Below, in pieces: positions 1 to 15,342 of a DNA stretch of 64,000 nt (position 1 is its first letter; each line of letters starts with the position of its first letter). The translations under genes were made by a program, and so were the position numbers. This DNA comes from Octopus vulgaris (taxonomy: Eukaryota). Where the stretch lies: assembly GCA_951406725.2 (NCBI GenBank), contig OX597837.1, positions 36,208,001 to 36,272,000 of the forward strand, read 5' to 3'. Under the pieces are notes generated by a model. It did not search any database and had not been told where the DNA came from. It saw only the letters and a program-made list of their open reading frames with translations.

Positions 1-358
<358 letters not shown>

Positions 359-670
359 GTAAATATAAACATTCGCGTCCACCGCCCCAACTTTTAAAGA
401 TAGCTTCTACTTATAACCATACATGAATGGACCTGTCCGCTAACAACGTTACTTCGTTCAACGTTTGGATAAATCAGACATCTGCACTGAAGTTGGCTAC
501 AGCCAATCCAACTGGACATTCTAGTCATCGACAAATACATGCCAACATCGATATCCTTCTTCAAGCGATGAGTTTCAAGTTTAAAAGATTTCTCTTAATT
601 AAATCTGCACTCATGTATTACCGTATTTGTGGTCGAGGTATCTATGAACCAACGTATCGATCTGTTTTGG

Positions 671-718
<48 letters not shown>

Positions 719-792
719 ATATATATATATATATATATATATCTATATATCTATCTATCTATCTATTGCCTATCTATCTCTCTATCTATCCA

Positions 793-1066
793 GATACACG
801 ATCCCTATTGATCGTTTTTTTTTCCTCTTCCCCCTTTTTCTTCTTTTTTTCATTTCTCTTTTGTTTGTTCCTTTTCCTTTTTTTCTTTTTTTCTTTTTTG
901 TTCTTTTTTTCCCTTTTACGATCCCTTTTGATCGAAAACCTACGCCACCTTTTTTTTTTTATTTCTTTTGTCTTTTGTTTTTTGTTTTTTTCATCCCCCA
1001 AAAGAAAAGCTCTACCTTGTAACTTGTCCCATCTGTGTGCAGCCCTGTGTGGCCAATAAAGAAACT
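793..1066 (+). mobile_element. Short 5'-truncated copy (3' UTR only) of the same Tx1-clade element
   Basis: Highly similar to 55265-55549 (gatacacgatccctattgatcg...ctacgccacc...gcagccctgtgtggccaataaagaaact). Flanked on both sides by (CTAT)n. Confidence 0.9.
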
Positions 1067-1117
1067 TATCTTTCTCTATATATATTTATTTGTCTATCAA
1101 TCTATCCATCTATTTGC

Positions 1118-1208
<91 letters not shown>

Positions 1209-1264
1209 CCATGTATCACGTCCTCGCGTTGTTGTTTTCATGTATTTGTTCTCATTTTGTTTTA

Positions 1265-1312
1265 GTCTCCGATGAAGGGAGATATAAAATGTCCCGGACA
1301 CAGCTGTAAGAC
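1265..1312 (+). ncRNA. Degenerate minimal hammerhead motif
   Basis: GTCT-CcGATGA-A-GGGA..TCCC-G-GAcA-CAGCTGT-A-AGAC. Palindromic stem III ACAGCTGT, stem I GTCT/AGAC, two core substitutions. Confidence 0.55.
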
Positions 1313-1369
1313 CTTCTTTTTATAATTGTTCTGAAATCTTTCACAGCCTTGGATTTTTATCTCATTCTG

Positions 1370-1449
<80 letters not shown>

Positions 1450-2380
1450 GTCCTGTCTGTCTATCTAACTATCCGTCTGTTTGCCTGGCTGGCTGGCAAG
1501 CTGTTTATCTATCTGCCTACCTGCCTGTCCGTCTATCGTTCTACCTATCATACAAACACATATTCACACATGTTTGTATATACATGTGTATATAAATATT
1601 ATATATATATATATATGCATGCACACACATATGAATGAATATACATATAAATACAGACACACATATCTATATGTATATAGAAAAAATATATATACTGTAT
1701 GTATGCATGTATCTATGTAACTCTCTGTCTCTACGTATATGTGTGTGTGCGTGCGTATGTGTGTTTACATATAGATACATATACATATATCCACACATAT
1801 ATACATGTACACTCACACATACATATATACACATATATACATATATAAACATAAGCATATATATAAATATATATATGTATAAATACATATATATGTATAC
1901 ATATATGCATATATATATATGTGTATATATATATAGATATATATACATACATATATATATACATATATCTATAATACACACACGCACACACGCACATATA
2001 TATATATGCATATATACATATATATATATATATCCACATAAACACGTGGACACATATACACACATGTGCACTTATATATTAATCAGAAAGTAATGAGAAA
2101 TTTGTTGTGGATTGTGGGGGAGGAGGAGGAGTAGTGGGCGTTTGAGAGTTTGCCCGACCATCGATGGCCGGTCAATATAATAATTTATTGATATCGATTA
2201 GGCTGAGCTAATCAGATTGCGTTATGACATGGCAAGCCTCTCCAATATTCCTTCATCATCATCTCGTTTCGATGGCTGATTCAGAATGCTTTACAGCGCT
2301 GACCACCACCACCGACAATGCTCCCTCACGCCGCATACATAATACATACATATATGCATAGACATACACACACTCACACT

Positions 2381-2425
<45 letters not shown>

Positions 2426-2481
2426 ACCGGCCCGATCAGTGACTATTGTAATAACAAAAATAACAGTAATATCAATATATA

Positions 2482-2551
<70 letters not shown>

Positions 2552-2568
2552 TATGCATATATATAGAT

Positions 2569-2608
<40 letters not shown>

Positions 2609-2721
2609 ATATATTTATACATATATATATATGTATATATATATGTATATATATGTATATATATAACACATATGCATATATATGTGTGAGAGTGTGTGAG
2701 TGTGTGAATGTATGTGTGTGT

Positions 2722-2983
2722 GGAGATGCAATGGCCCTGTGGTTAGGACAGCGGACTCGTGGTCATAGGACTGCGGTTTCGACTCCCAGACCAGGCGTTG
2801 TGGGAGTGTATTTCAAAGGGGCCAGCCTTCTCACACTCTGCGTCACGCGGAATCTCGCCGAGAACTACGTTAAGAGTACACGTGTCTTTGGAGTGCTCAG
2901 CCACTTGCACTTTAATTTCATGAGCAGGCTGTTTCGTTGATTGGATCAACTGGAACCCACGTCGTCGTAACCAGTAGAGTGCC
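2722..2983 (+). mobile_element. SINE family C, internally deleted
   Basis: Head and tail of family C joined at gagtgt|atttcaaaggg. Confidence 0.85.
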
Positions 2984-3010
2984 GTAATAATAATAATAAT
3001 AATAATGATA

Positions 3011-3566
3011 ATTCCCTGATGCAGTACCAGGCAGCGGCTCTCATGGCTTCTGATCTTAACTGATTGGAAGTGTTATCATGTACATTGTTTTGCCTTGGTA
3101 TAAAAGATGGGCTACAACAAATATTCTGCTCAATGCCACAGATTTCCTTGTCAGTTGTTTGACTTTAACCAGTTGAGCATGTCCCTTAATGGCTGACGAT
3201 ATGTGCATCGCTGATCATAAATAGAAATAGTGGTGGAGTATCATAGCCATGTGTTGAGAGGAATTCTTTGGGGTTTGGATAATTCACCTCTGGAAACATG
3301 GGTGTTTCGTTCAACATCCTTAAACAACCCTTAATCAGGGACCTTTTGAGCGGGATGGGCTACTCGACCAGAAGAAAATTCTAACTGGGCCCCACCTACA
3401 AGGTCATGTGCTGTTTATCTTGATATGAGATTATCATGTCGCGCACATATGGTTGTGATGCATGTGCCTAGTGTACCCTTATCAGATGGGTAGACATGAC
3501 GGATATACTGGGCTTCGTATATTTTACCCCAGTGTCACTTTGATGGCATGCACTGCTCTCTCACTC
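3011..3566 (+). repeat. ~560 bp non-coding interspersed element flanked by (TAA)n; second, interrupted copy at 37291-38227
   Basis: 3117-3566 aligns with 37293-37719 plus 38189-38227. Both copies end cactgctctctcactc followed by (AAT)n. Confidence 0.85.
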
Positions 3567-3569
3567 AAA

Positions 3570-3633
<64 letters not shown>

Positions 3634-4257
3634 TATATATATGCATGTGGGTGTGTTCAGATCGAGGAACCGCCGACACTACCGCCGTCTCCAGCAACAC
3701 CACTATCACCACCACAAACGACAGCAACAACAACAAAACGACGATGACGGCAAAGACGACACCACCAGTAATACGAATGGTAAGTTCGGGGGAAGGGGGT
3801 GATTACATCGACCCCAAGTTTTTAACTGGTATTCCTTTTATCAGTCCCCAAAAGGATGAAATACAAAATGAAACCTGAAGTAATTTGAACTCGGAGCGTA
3901 AAGACGGACGAAATGCCGCTAAGCATTTTGTCCGTTGTGCTAGCGATGTGGCGAATAACAAGAACAGGAAGAAGAGAAAAGAAAGAAAAAGAGAAATGGA
4001 AGTAGAACAAGAAGAATAAGAAGAACATCATCAATAACGTGTTTCATTGCAGTCTACTTCGGAGACGGCGATCTAACAACCACCCACGCCATTGACAGCA
4101 CCAGAGCTAACATCCACCACCACCACCACCACCACCACCGCAGTCAACCATGCAATGGACTGGCGTCCTTTCCAGGTGGGGAATATATGCACCAGAAAAC
4201 CAGGAAATTGGCCCTTATCAATCTGCATGCCTCGAGAATGAACACTTTAATTACTTT

Positions 4258-4594
4258 TTCTTACGAGCGCTGTTAGTTCCGCATTGATGCGCCATAAATG
4301 GTTCTCCTTCCCTTGTCTTTTCATTTTACATTCACATCCGCTGGGCAGCTGACCTCTACAACAATGCATTACTTTTGTTCTAACACTCACAGAACATTAT
4401 CAGCTCTGTTATGTTTGCACCGAACTGATGTTTCTGTTGAGGTGTTCCACCAAGATTTCTTTGCTTTTAAAGGTATGAATACCTGCTGCTTCTGACATGC
4501 TTTTGATGTTTTCATCAGAGCAGCCCTTCCTGTAGATAGCATTCTTTATAGTCTTTGCAACTGTATTATGCTTCAGGGTCAAGCAGTATCTCGA
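4258..4594 (-). pseudogene. Decayed restriction-like endonuclease region of an RLE (R4-like) retrotransposon
   Basis: Minus strand reads SRYCLTLKHNTVAKTI..., then after a frameshift WWNTSTETSVRCKHNRADNVL*VLEQK*CIVVEVSCPADVNVK. This matches the RH..VAK / HNRPD / E.SCP.D.N pattern. Several stops. Confidence 0.75.
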
Positions 4595-5092
4595 TGTATG
4601 TATATATGTATATATGCATTTGTGTATGCGTGTATGTATGTATGTATGTATGCATGTCTGTATGCATTTGTGAATGTAGGTATGTATGTATATATGTATA
4701 TATATATATATGTATGCATGTTTGTATATATGTATGTATGTATGCATGCATGTATGTATGTATGCACGTATGTACGTATGTATGTACGTAGACACGTATG
4801 TATGTATGCATGCATGTATGTATGTATGTATTTATGTATGTATGTATGTATGTATGTATGTATGTATGTATGTATGTATGTATGTATGTATGTATGCATG
4901 TATGCACGTATATATGTATTTGTGTATGTATGCACGTATGTTGTTTGTATGAATATATCTACGTATATATGTATGTGTTTTTATATATATATATATGTGT
5001 GTGTGTGCATATATAAATGTGTGTGGGTGTGTATAAAAAGAATTGAAGGTAATGCTATGCAAGTTCGTAATAATCATTATTATTATTGTTGT

Positions 5093-5134
<42 letters not shown>

Positions 5135-5437
5135 GTGTATGCACGGATGTACGTAAATATATATATGTAATTATGCGTGTGTATATATATATATATATTT
5201 ATGTCTTTCTAGTTTCATGGCCACGTGTACCGCAAAAAAGAGAAATGTCTGTTGGTGTTTTAATACCTTTTGCCAAAAGCGAGAATTTTTCTCAAACGGC
5301 AAAACAGCAGGAAGTACGACCCCTTTTTTTTACAGATCAAATACGTCCCGAACAGATTTGAACTGATCTCAATAAATAATCGGAGAGAGAGATTGAAAGA
5401 GAGAGAGATTGAAGAGAGAGAGAGAGAGAGACAGACA

Positions 5438-5533
<96 letters not shown>

Positions 5534-5746
5534 TACATACAGACAATAGGCAGACAGATAAACAGTGAGAGAGAGAAGGAGAGAAAGAGATAGATAGAGA
5601 GAGACAGAGATACGGAGAGAGACAGACAGGGAGATAGATTCTTATTCTTATAGATAGATGTACGCATGTATGTATGCATGTAAGTATGTGTGTGTGTGTA
5701 TGTATGTATGTATGTATGTATGTATGTACGTATGCATGTATGCATG

Positions 5747-5777
<31 letters not shown>

Positions 5778-6090
5778 GTATGTGTATGTATGTATGTATG
5801 TATGTATGTATGTATGTATGCATGTAAGTATGTATGTATGTATGTATGTATGTATGTACGTATGCATGTATGCATGTATGTATGTATGTATGTATGTACG
5901 TATGTATGTATGTATGTAAGTATGTGTATGTATGTATGTATGTATGTATGTATATATGTATGTACGTATGTAAGTATGTGTATGTATGTATGTATGTATG
6001 TATGTATGTATGTATGTATGTATGTATGTATGTATGTATGTATGTATGTACGTATGTACATATGTAATGCATGTATGTGTATGTATGTAT
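4595..6090 (+). repeat. Cluster of (TATG)n, (TA)n and (GA)n microsatellites
   Basis: Directly visible. A complementary (CATA)n block lies at 9370-9960. Confidence 0.9.
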
Positions 6091-6348
6091 GTCTTCTGTA
6101 CATCACATGACGTTCAATTCAGCACCTTTCTCCAAAGATTTCCTTTTAAACAAATCATTCTTAGAAAACAGCAACAAATATTAACAATTTCATGTCTCAG
6201 CAACAACAAAAGCAGAAACGAAATAAACATAAAAAATAAGCAAATAAAATATATCCGTAAAAATAAAAACAGAAATAAAAAAAGATAAAAGAAGCGAAAG
6301 TAACAAGAAATAATGTTTCAAAGCAATGAATTGGAAAGATGTTTATCC

Positions 6349-6444
<96 letters not shown>

Positions 6445-6448
6445 GTCA

Positions 6449-6485
<37 letters not shown>

Positions 6486-6523
6486 GTCATTCTATCTATC
6501 TATCTATCTAGCTAGCTAGCTAG

Positions 6524-6588
<65 letters not shown>

Positions 6589-7069
6589 TACTAGTTTCAG
6601 TCACTGGACTGTGGTCATGCTGGAGCACCACCATATATATATATATATTTATCTATCTAGCGATAGACAGACAGACAGACAGACAGGCAGGCAGGCAGGC
6701 AGACAGACAGGCTGGCAGGCGGACGGGCGGACGGGCGGACGGGCGGACGGACGGGCGTATGGATGGATGGATAGATAGATAGATAGACAAACTGGCAGGT
6801 AAGTAGATAGAGAGAGAGAGAGTAAGAGATAAAGACAGAGAGAGAAAGGATGAGGAAATGATCCAATAACGGAATGGTCGTGCCATTGGTGCAATATCAT
6901 TTTGGTAAAAGAAAAAAGAAAAGAAAATCATAAAAAAAGAAATCAATATTATCTTGAAACGTTTTTTGTAATCACGGAAAAACAGTGGTGCATCCCCCCG
7001 CCCCTATCCCTATCCCCCACCCTACTTAACACAGCCCAAACATTCTTCTAAGAACAACTGCACTGTAGT

Positions 7070-7135
<66 letters not shown>

Positions 7136-7214
7136 GGTGGTGGTGGTGGTGGTGGTGGTGGTGGTGGTGGTAGTATTATTATTAGTAGTAGTAGTTGTAG
7201 TGGCGGTGGTGGTG

Positions 7215-7275
<61 letters not shown>

Positions 7276-7470
7276 AAAAGAAACAGACAACCCCCACCCC
7301 ACCCTCACGCACTGCTCCACCTGATAAGATGAACTATATCCCATTTTCCTGAAACTCCTTCGGGGCTGAAAAAAAACCACCTTATCTTCCTTATTTTTAA
7401 AACCCATTCTCTTTTTAATTATTAACCACCACCATCGTGGTTGTTGTTGTTGTTGTTGTTTTTATTATTA

Positions 7471-7540
<70 letters not shown>

Positions 7541-7617
7541 CATCATCATCAACATTATCATCATTATCATCATCTTTATAATCTTCATCATCATCATCAT
7601 CATCATCATTATTATGA

Positions 7618-7672
<55 letters not shown>

Positions 7673-8007
7673 CATCATCATCATCATCATCAACTTCATC
7701 ATTATCATCAACATCATCAATATCATTATCATCATCAACATTATCATCATTATCATCATCATTATCGTCATCGTCATCATTATCCAAATTATTATTATTA
7801 GTATTATTGTCGTCGTCATTTTCCTAAAATATTATTATCAACATCAGTAACATTATTGTTGTTGGTGTTGTTATTATTTTTGTTGTTGTTGTGAACCCGA
7901 CGTTCTAGCATCTATCTATCTCTCCATCTATCTATCTCTCCATCTATCTATCTCTCCATCTATCTATCTCTCCATCTATCTAGCTCTCCATCTAGCTAGC
8001 TAGCTAG

Positions 8008-8104
<97 letters not shown>

Positions 8105-8433
8105 GGATGGATTATAAATCTTATTTGAAATATTTATTCGCGTTGCCAGATGGCTGCTACGAATAGACAGGAGACCTGCCACTGTGGAATTAGCAGTAAC
8201 ATAAGCCAAGAATGATCTATCACAGAGATGGATCTCCAAACATCGTCGCTGGCGCTTATACAGTAAAATGCACATAAAAATAGGTTCGGATTAGAAAGTA
8301 TAATTCAATGAATAAAAAATAAACAGTACGAAGAACAACATTAGCAACAATATCCCACCATTCGCTAATTTTATCAGAGAAAAGAAGTAACGCGATTGAT
8401 TCAAAGTAAAGAAATTGAGATGTGGATGAAGTA

Positions 8434-8957
8434 TCGTAAATCCTCAAGTATAGTCCACCCTTGAGTATAATACGCAGGGGGATTTTTAGGGGTCTGTACC
8501 TCTGAAAAACCTAAACCTTGTGTATAATACGCACCCCTTCTCTAACTTGAGTCGTGCGTTATTAAGCCAGCAGCACCTAGTCGAACAAACACTTCCGCGC
8601 ATGCGTGATACAATAATGGTGATGTTCTTAACTGTTATATGGGAATGTAAATATGTTTGCAAATTGTTTTTGTTATTTGTTATTCTGTGTTCTGAATACT
8701 TTTATTTTAATAAATGTTGCTTACTGCAAGTTATGGATGATTCTTTTATGACTTCATTGCTTTCAGGCTTAGTTGAAGATATTTTCGCGCCCGACATCAC
8801 AAAATGCGTCTGAATAAACATTGCCTGACAGCAAATAGAGACTCGGTCATTGCTTAGAAAATAATTTTCATTTTTAACCTCGTATATAATACGCACAAGG
8901 GATTTTGACCTTAAAATTTGGGGGGGAAAAATGCGGATTATACTCGAGGATTTACGG
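8434..8957. mobile_element. Non-autonomous Tc1/mariner-superfamily MITE (CCGTA-type TIR, TA target duplication)
   Basis: Left TA|tcgtaaatcctcaagtatagtcc and right ggattatactcgaggatttacgg|TA are inverted repeats. Subterminal tataatacgca repeats. No ORF. Confidence 0.85.
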
Positions 8958-9547
8958 TATATTACAAAAGCCAGTGCCTCCTTGCTCGACCAAAGGTGAG
9001 AAGAAAGTGACACGCATTTGGTTTTCGATTTATTTGCTTGTTTATTTTCACGAAAGAAATCAGAGGGTGTTCTGACCCATATGTCGTAGTTTATATCCCA
9101 TCAAATAAGGCAAGATAGATGGAGGGGGGGCTTCGGTTTTAAAGTGTGGCGACGAGGTGAGGAGACAGAGGTGAGGGACTCAAATATACTAGAATTACAC
9201 AGCTAAAAAGTTTGGCACAGAAGTTGACTGTACACGTTTTTGTTACTTTTGTGCCAAAAGAAGGAGTTGTTGTTGTTGTTTAAATTCCATTCAGTGCAAA
9301 TCGAAGCAATTTGGTGCATGAAAACACAAATTAGAAATGGAATTCTTTAAGCACACTTCTTGGCAGACATTCATACAGACATACACATACTCATATTTAC
9401 ACATACAAACATATACACATACATATACCCATACATACATACATACATACATACATACATACATACATACATACATACGTACGTACGTACATACATACAT
9501 ACATACATACATACATACATACATACATACATACATACATACATGCA

Positions 9548-9581
<34 letters not shown>

Positions 9582-11696
9582 CATACATACATACATACAT
9601 ACATATACCCATACATACATACATACATGCATACATACATAAATACATACATACATACATACATACATGCATACATATATACATACATACATACATACAT
9701 ACATGCATGCATGCATACATACATAATACATACATACATACATACATACATACATACATACATACATACATACATACATACATACATACAAACATACATA
9801 ATCCATACATGCATACATAATTGCATACATACATACATACATACATACATACATACATAATGCATACATGCATACATACATACATGCATACATACATACA
9901 TACATACATACATACATACATACATACATACATACATACATACATGCATACATACATGCCAACTTGTCTGCTTGTCAGTCCATTGCCCTACCTGCCTGAT
10001 TGTCTGATTGTTCGCCAGTCTGCTTGCATGCTTGCCTGCTTTTCTTCTTTTTCTTTTTCTTCTTTTTCTTCTTCTGCTGCTTCCTCCTCCTCCACCTCTG
10101 CTCTTTTTTTACTTTCCCCTCCTCTCTTTTCTTCTTCTCCTCCTCCTCCTCCTCTTCCTTCGTCTTCCTCTCCTCCTCCCCCTTTCTCTTCTTCTTCTAC
10201 ACGTCTTCATTTTTTCTATCATCTCCTCTCCTGCAATATTTCTTATCATCGTCCAGGCCTTTTTAAAGGTGGAGATACATCAAAATTAAGCAGCAGAGAA
10301 TATAATTCCTTCCTTCCTTCCTTTCTTCCTTCCTTCCTTTTTTCCTTCATGTCTTTATTATCAACCACAAGGAAGCAAGAACCGTTAACCAGTAGGGATT
10401 AATATCGAAATAGCTGTTATTTCGATGTTATTAAAAAGTTATTAAGAAGAAGAAGAAGAAGAAAAAGAAGAAGAAGAGAAAGAAGAAGAAGATGAAGAAG
10501 AAGAAGGAGGTGAAGAAGAAGAAGAAGGTGAAGAAGAAGAAGAAAAAGAAGAAAAAGAAGAAGAAGAAAAAGAAGAAAAAGAAGAAAAAGAAGAAGAAGA
10601 AGAAGAAGAAGAAGAAGAAGAAGAAGAAGAAGAAGAAGAAGAAGAAGAAGAGCAACATTAGCAACGACAAACAGACAACAAACAAGCAAAAAAAAAATGG
10701 AAGAAGACGTATCTTGTTTTTCTTGAGTTTTCTTCTTTTTTTGGATCCCTCAAAAAGTCTTCCAAGGCCATTAATGGTTGGTGCCAACCTAATCCATTAA
10801 TTCTTCATATTAAAAGACATCTCATCTGGCTTTATTAGAATAGAAACGCTGTTTGCTTCAGTCGAAGCAAGCACCAATACCTTCCTACTACTACCCGCCC
10901 GCGCACCACCGCCACTAACACCCTCAACCTTCACCCTATACCACCACCACCACCACCACCATCGTCGTCGTCGTCGTCGTTGTCATCATCCCCGGCACCA
11001 CCACCACCGCAACTATCGCCGTCGTCATCATCACCACCAGTATCATCATCATCATCATCATAACTACCATCACTATCTTCATCATCATCGTTACCACTAC
11101 CAGCACCACCATCATCATCATCACCACCACCGCAACTACCACCGCCGCCACCACCACCACTACCATCATCATCATCATCATCACCACTACCACAACTATC
11201 CTCATCATCACCACTACCATCATCATCATTATCACCACCACCGCACTACCTCCGCCACCACTACCATCATCATCATCATCACCACTACCACAACAACCAC
11301 CACCACAACTATCCTCATCACCACTACCATCATCACCTCCACCACCACCACCATCATCATCATCACCACCGCCGCCACCACTACCATCATCATCATCATC
11401 ACCACTACAACAACAACCATCATCACCAACACCACCATCATCATCATTGTCACCACTACCGCAACTGCCGTCGTCGCCACCACCACCACCACTACCACAA
11501 CAACTACCACCACAACCATCATCATCATTACCTCCACCACTACCACCATCTCCATCTTCACCATCATCACCACCGTCTCATCACCATCATCGTCATTCCC
11601 ACCACTACCTCCACCACCACCTCCACCACTACCCTCATCACCTTTGATATGGTTGTAAATGAGTTCAGTACTGCACATCAATCATCGCTACTACTA

Positions 11697-11740
<44 letters not shown>

Positions 11741-12320
11741 TCTGTTACTACTGGTGTTATCATAGAAATATTTTTTCGTACACATGCGCACATCACCCGA
11801 AAGCAACAATATCGATCTAGTCTGTATAAACCACAAAATCTGTGACCCCTAAGAACAGGGTGGGAACATGTCACCCAAAATATCCCCAACAAACAATTGT
11901 ATGTTTACAAAAACATACGAAAAATCACGTGGCATTTCACACACAATACCAAAAACGGACAGGAACAATGGTTAAGATGCGAATAACCATGATTGTCTCC
12001 CTTCCCATCATCACATTTAACGAATCGTAAAAATTTGAAGAGAAAAAAACAAAATATAATATAAAAATATAACAAAAATTCGAAGATAATCTTTATGGGA
12101 TTGCATAATTAAATCTCAGAATGAGATTGAAACAGTAATCGCTCGATAATGTAAAGTATAGAAGCCATCTTATCATGGCTAACCACATAGGGGAGGGGGT
12201 GTTACTGTAGCTTTATAGCCCCAAGAGATCGTCGTCTCTAGCTGGCTTTAGACACCATATCAGTGCCCTTGAAGTATTTGCAAAGGGAGGCCATCCCCTC
12301 CTCGCAAGCCTCAGTGATAC

Positions 12321-12361
12321 GCTCGGACTAGTTTCGGGATTTTTGTCCCTATTCAACGGGC
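12321..12361 (-). ncRNA. Degenerate minimal hammerhead motif
   Basis: Minus strand GCCCG-tTGAAtA-GGGA(caaaaa)TCCC-GAAACTAGT-C-CGAGC. Palindromic ACTAGT, GUC site. Lies in a repeat (12180-12380) related to 20750-20925. Confidence 0.55.
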
Positions 12362-12404
12362 GGTAACCACCAGGATTATTTTTCATTTAACTTTCGGTTA
12401 TTTC

Positions 12405-12635
12405 ACTGCGGTCATGTTGGGGCCCCACTTTGAAGCGTTTTAGTCGAAGAAATCCACTCCCCACTGTACCCATTTTTTTTACATACAAACCAACACTGGT
12501 TGTCGAGCTGAGGGGTACACAGACATAAGCACGCACATTCATATACAGTTATATGACAGGCTTCTTTCAGTTTCCGTCTACCAAATTCACTAGCAAGGCT
12601 TTGGTCGGTCCAGGGCTTTAGCAAAAGACACCCAA
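12405..12635 (-). mobile_element. SINE family A, degenerate fragment
   Basis: Contains cttctttcagtttccgtctaccaaattcac and tail remnants. Confidence 0.7.
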
Positions 12636-12998
12636 GTAATTGTGTAAGCATACCTGACATAAATCCCGGACTTCAAAAGAAGCAAAAATTACTAACGGTG
12701 GGTGGAGGTGTTCGACGAAGACCCTCCAAACTGATGCGCCAGCTTGGCCGGTGTCACGTGGTTGAAGCAAGTGAAAAATAAAATATAATGCATACGTTGT
12801 TGTGATATTTTACTACTACAATGGAGGACACCTCATATCTATAATTATTTTATCGATAAGGTCTGACAGGCCGCATCACAACGAGAGCGGTCTCACATGT
12901 TCAAAATCATGTCAGCATTATACAGAAACCACAAACGCTAGCTGGAAGCTATATAGACGTGGTACTACAATAGAAATGTGTGAATGTGTGTGTGTGTG

Positions 12999-13033
<35 letters not shown>

Positions 13034-13189
13034 TTCTGTTACTACTGGTGCTATCATAGAAATATTTTTTGTACACATGCGCCCACCACCCGAAAGCAGC
13101 AATGTCGACCTAGTCTGTATAAAGCGCAAAATCTGTGACCCCTAAGAACAGGATGAGAACATGTGTATCTTTGGGTTTGATTTTGCGCC

Positions 13190-13390
13190 CCTTCATCGCT
13201 TGACAACTGATGTTGGTGTGTTTACGTCCGCAGTAAACTAGCGGTTCGTCAAAAAGAGATCCGATAGAATAAGTACTAGGCTTACAAAGAATGAGCCTTG
13301 GGGGTCGATTTGTACGACTGAAAATCTCGTTAAAGCGGTGCTCCAGCATGACCGCAGACAAATGACGGGAACAAGTAAAAGAAGAAAAGA
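13190..13390 (+). mobile_element. SINE family A 3' half
   Basis: catcgcttgacaactgatgttggtgtgtttacgtcc...gaataagtactaggcttacaaagaat...acaagtaaaagaag. Confidence 0.8.
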
Positions 13391-13586
13391 CAAGACTTAC
13401 CATGAAAACAAGCTGCTCGAAATGAGGAGTAGAGAGAGAGAGCCGACAACCGATGAAGGGTCGTTCTTTGTGTTACTTGTCCTGTTTCCCATTTGTTTCT
13501 CTCGATGTTTGCGTATTGAACTGATTTGTTTTCGTATTTCACGTTGTTTACTGTTGGTGACGTCCTGTACCCCACATATCCATCTG

Positions 13587-13632
<46 letters not shown>

Positions 13633-13787
13633 GATTTTATATAAATACACACACACATATATATATACATGAATTTATAAATATATATATATATACAAAG
13701 AACTATACATATCTATATGTATATGTGTGTGTACGTGTGTGTGCACGCGCATATGCGTGTATGTGTGTATCTGTATACATACATACG

Positions 13788-13822
<35 letters not shown>

Positions 13823-13887
13823 CTTTAATATATACACAAGGAATCCTGTTTCTTTTTCAACAGATACATGTCTCCATATATATATAC

Positions 13888-13970
<83 letters not shown>

Positions 13971-14444
13971 CACATGTGTAAATCCACACGTAAAAACGTA
14001 TGAAAAGATATAGCAATGTGTGTATGTGTGTGTGTCTGTGTGCGTGTGTCTATGCTTGAATATGTGTGTGTGTGTGTGTGTGTCTGTGTGTCTATGCTTG
14101 CATATGTGTGTGTGTGTATATTGTTTGTTTGTTTGTTTATTGTGTTTTTTGCGTTCTACATCGATTGATATTTATCGATCTCAATTAGAAGAGAAGAGGA
14201 TTTAGTCAATCGGAACCTCTGCACGATGGCACCGGTGGGGGAGAGAGGAGGAGTGCAGTGGCGGTGGAGGAGACAACAACAACAACAACAAGAGTAGCAG
14301 TAGCAGTAGTAGTGATAATGTTTATAGTAATAATAACAATAATAATAATAATAATAAACAGTACTACAGCAACAACAACAATAATAATGCAATCACCACC
14401 TCCACTACCAAAACAACGGCACTAGTAGTAAAGTAGTTGTAGTA

Positions 14445-14494
<50 letters not shown>

Positions 14495-14509
14495 ACTGTG
14501 GTGGTGGTG

Positions 14510-14544
<35 letters not shown>

Positions 14545-14589
14545 TGTAGTAGTAGCAGTAAAGATTGCATTAATGATAACATTGATAAT

Positions 14590-14592
14590 TCA

Positions 14593-14624
<32 letters not shown>

Positions 14625-14638
14625 TAATAATAATAATG

Positions 14639-14687
<49 letters not shown>

Positions 14688-14813
14688 TGATGATGATGAT
14701 GATGATAATTAAAATAATAACCGCCATTGTTGTTGTTGTTGTAGTAGTAGTAGTCGAAGATAATAACAATGAAAACAACAATAATAACAGTAATAATAAT
14801 AATAATAATAATA

Positions 14814-14866
<53 letters not shown>

Positions 14867-14953
14867 TAATTCTTTATTATCATCATTTTTATGATAATTA
14901 TTAATATTCTTATAAATACAATGATAGTAACAATGACGATGATAATAATAATG

Positions 14954-15026
<73 letters not shown>

Positions 15027-15060
15027 TAACAATAACAATAATAATAACAATAATAATAAC

Positions 15061-15098
<38 letters not shown>

Positions 15099-15162
15099 TA
15101 ACAATAACAATAATAATAACAATAATAATAATAATAATAACAATAATAATAATAATAATAAC

Positions 15163-15227
<65 letters not shown>

Positions 15228-15231
15228 TAAC

Positions 15232-15272
<41 letters not shown>

Positions 15273-15285
15273 TAACAATAACAAC

Positions 15286-15340
<55 letters not shown>
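14590..15340 (+). repeat. (AAT/AAC)n microsatellite block
   Basis: Directly visible. Confidence 0.95.

Positions 15341-15342
<2 letters not shown>

Larger units (their letters stand above)
11737..13164 (+). repeat. Local ~135-bp direct repeat (11737-11871 and 13031-13164)
   Basis: tgcttctgttactactggtg(t/c)tatcatagaaatattttt...aaaatctgtgacccctaagaacagg...aacatgt occurs twice. Confidence 0.85.
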
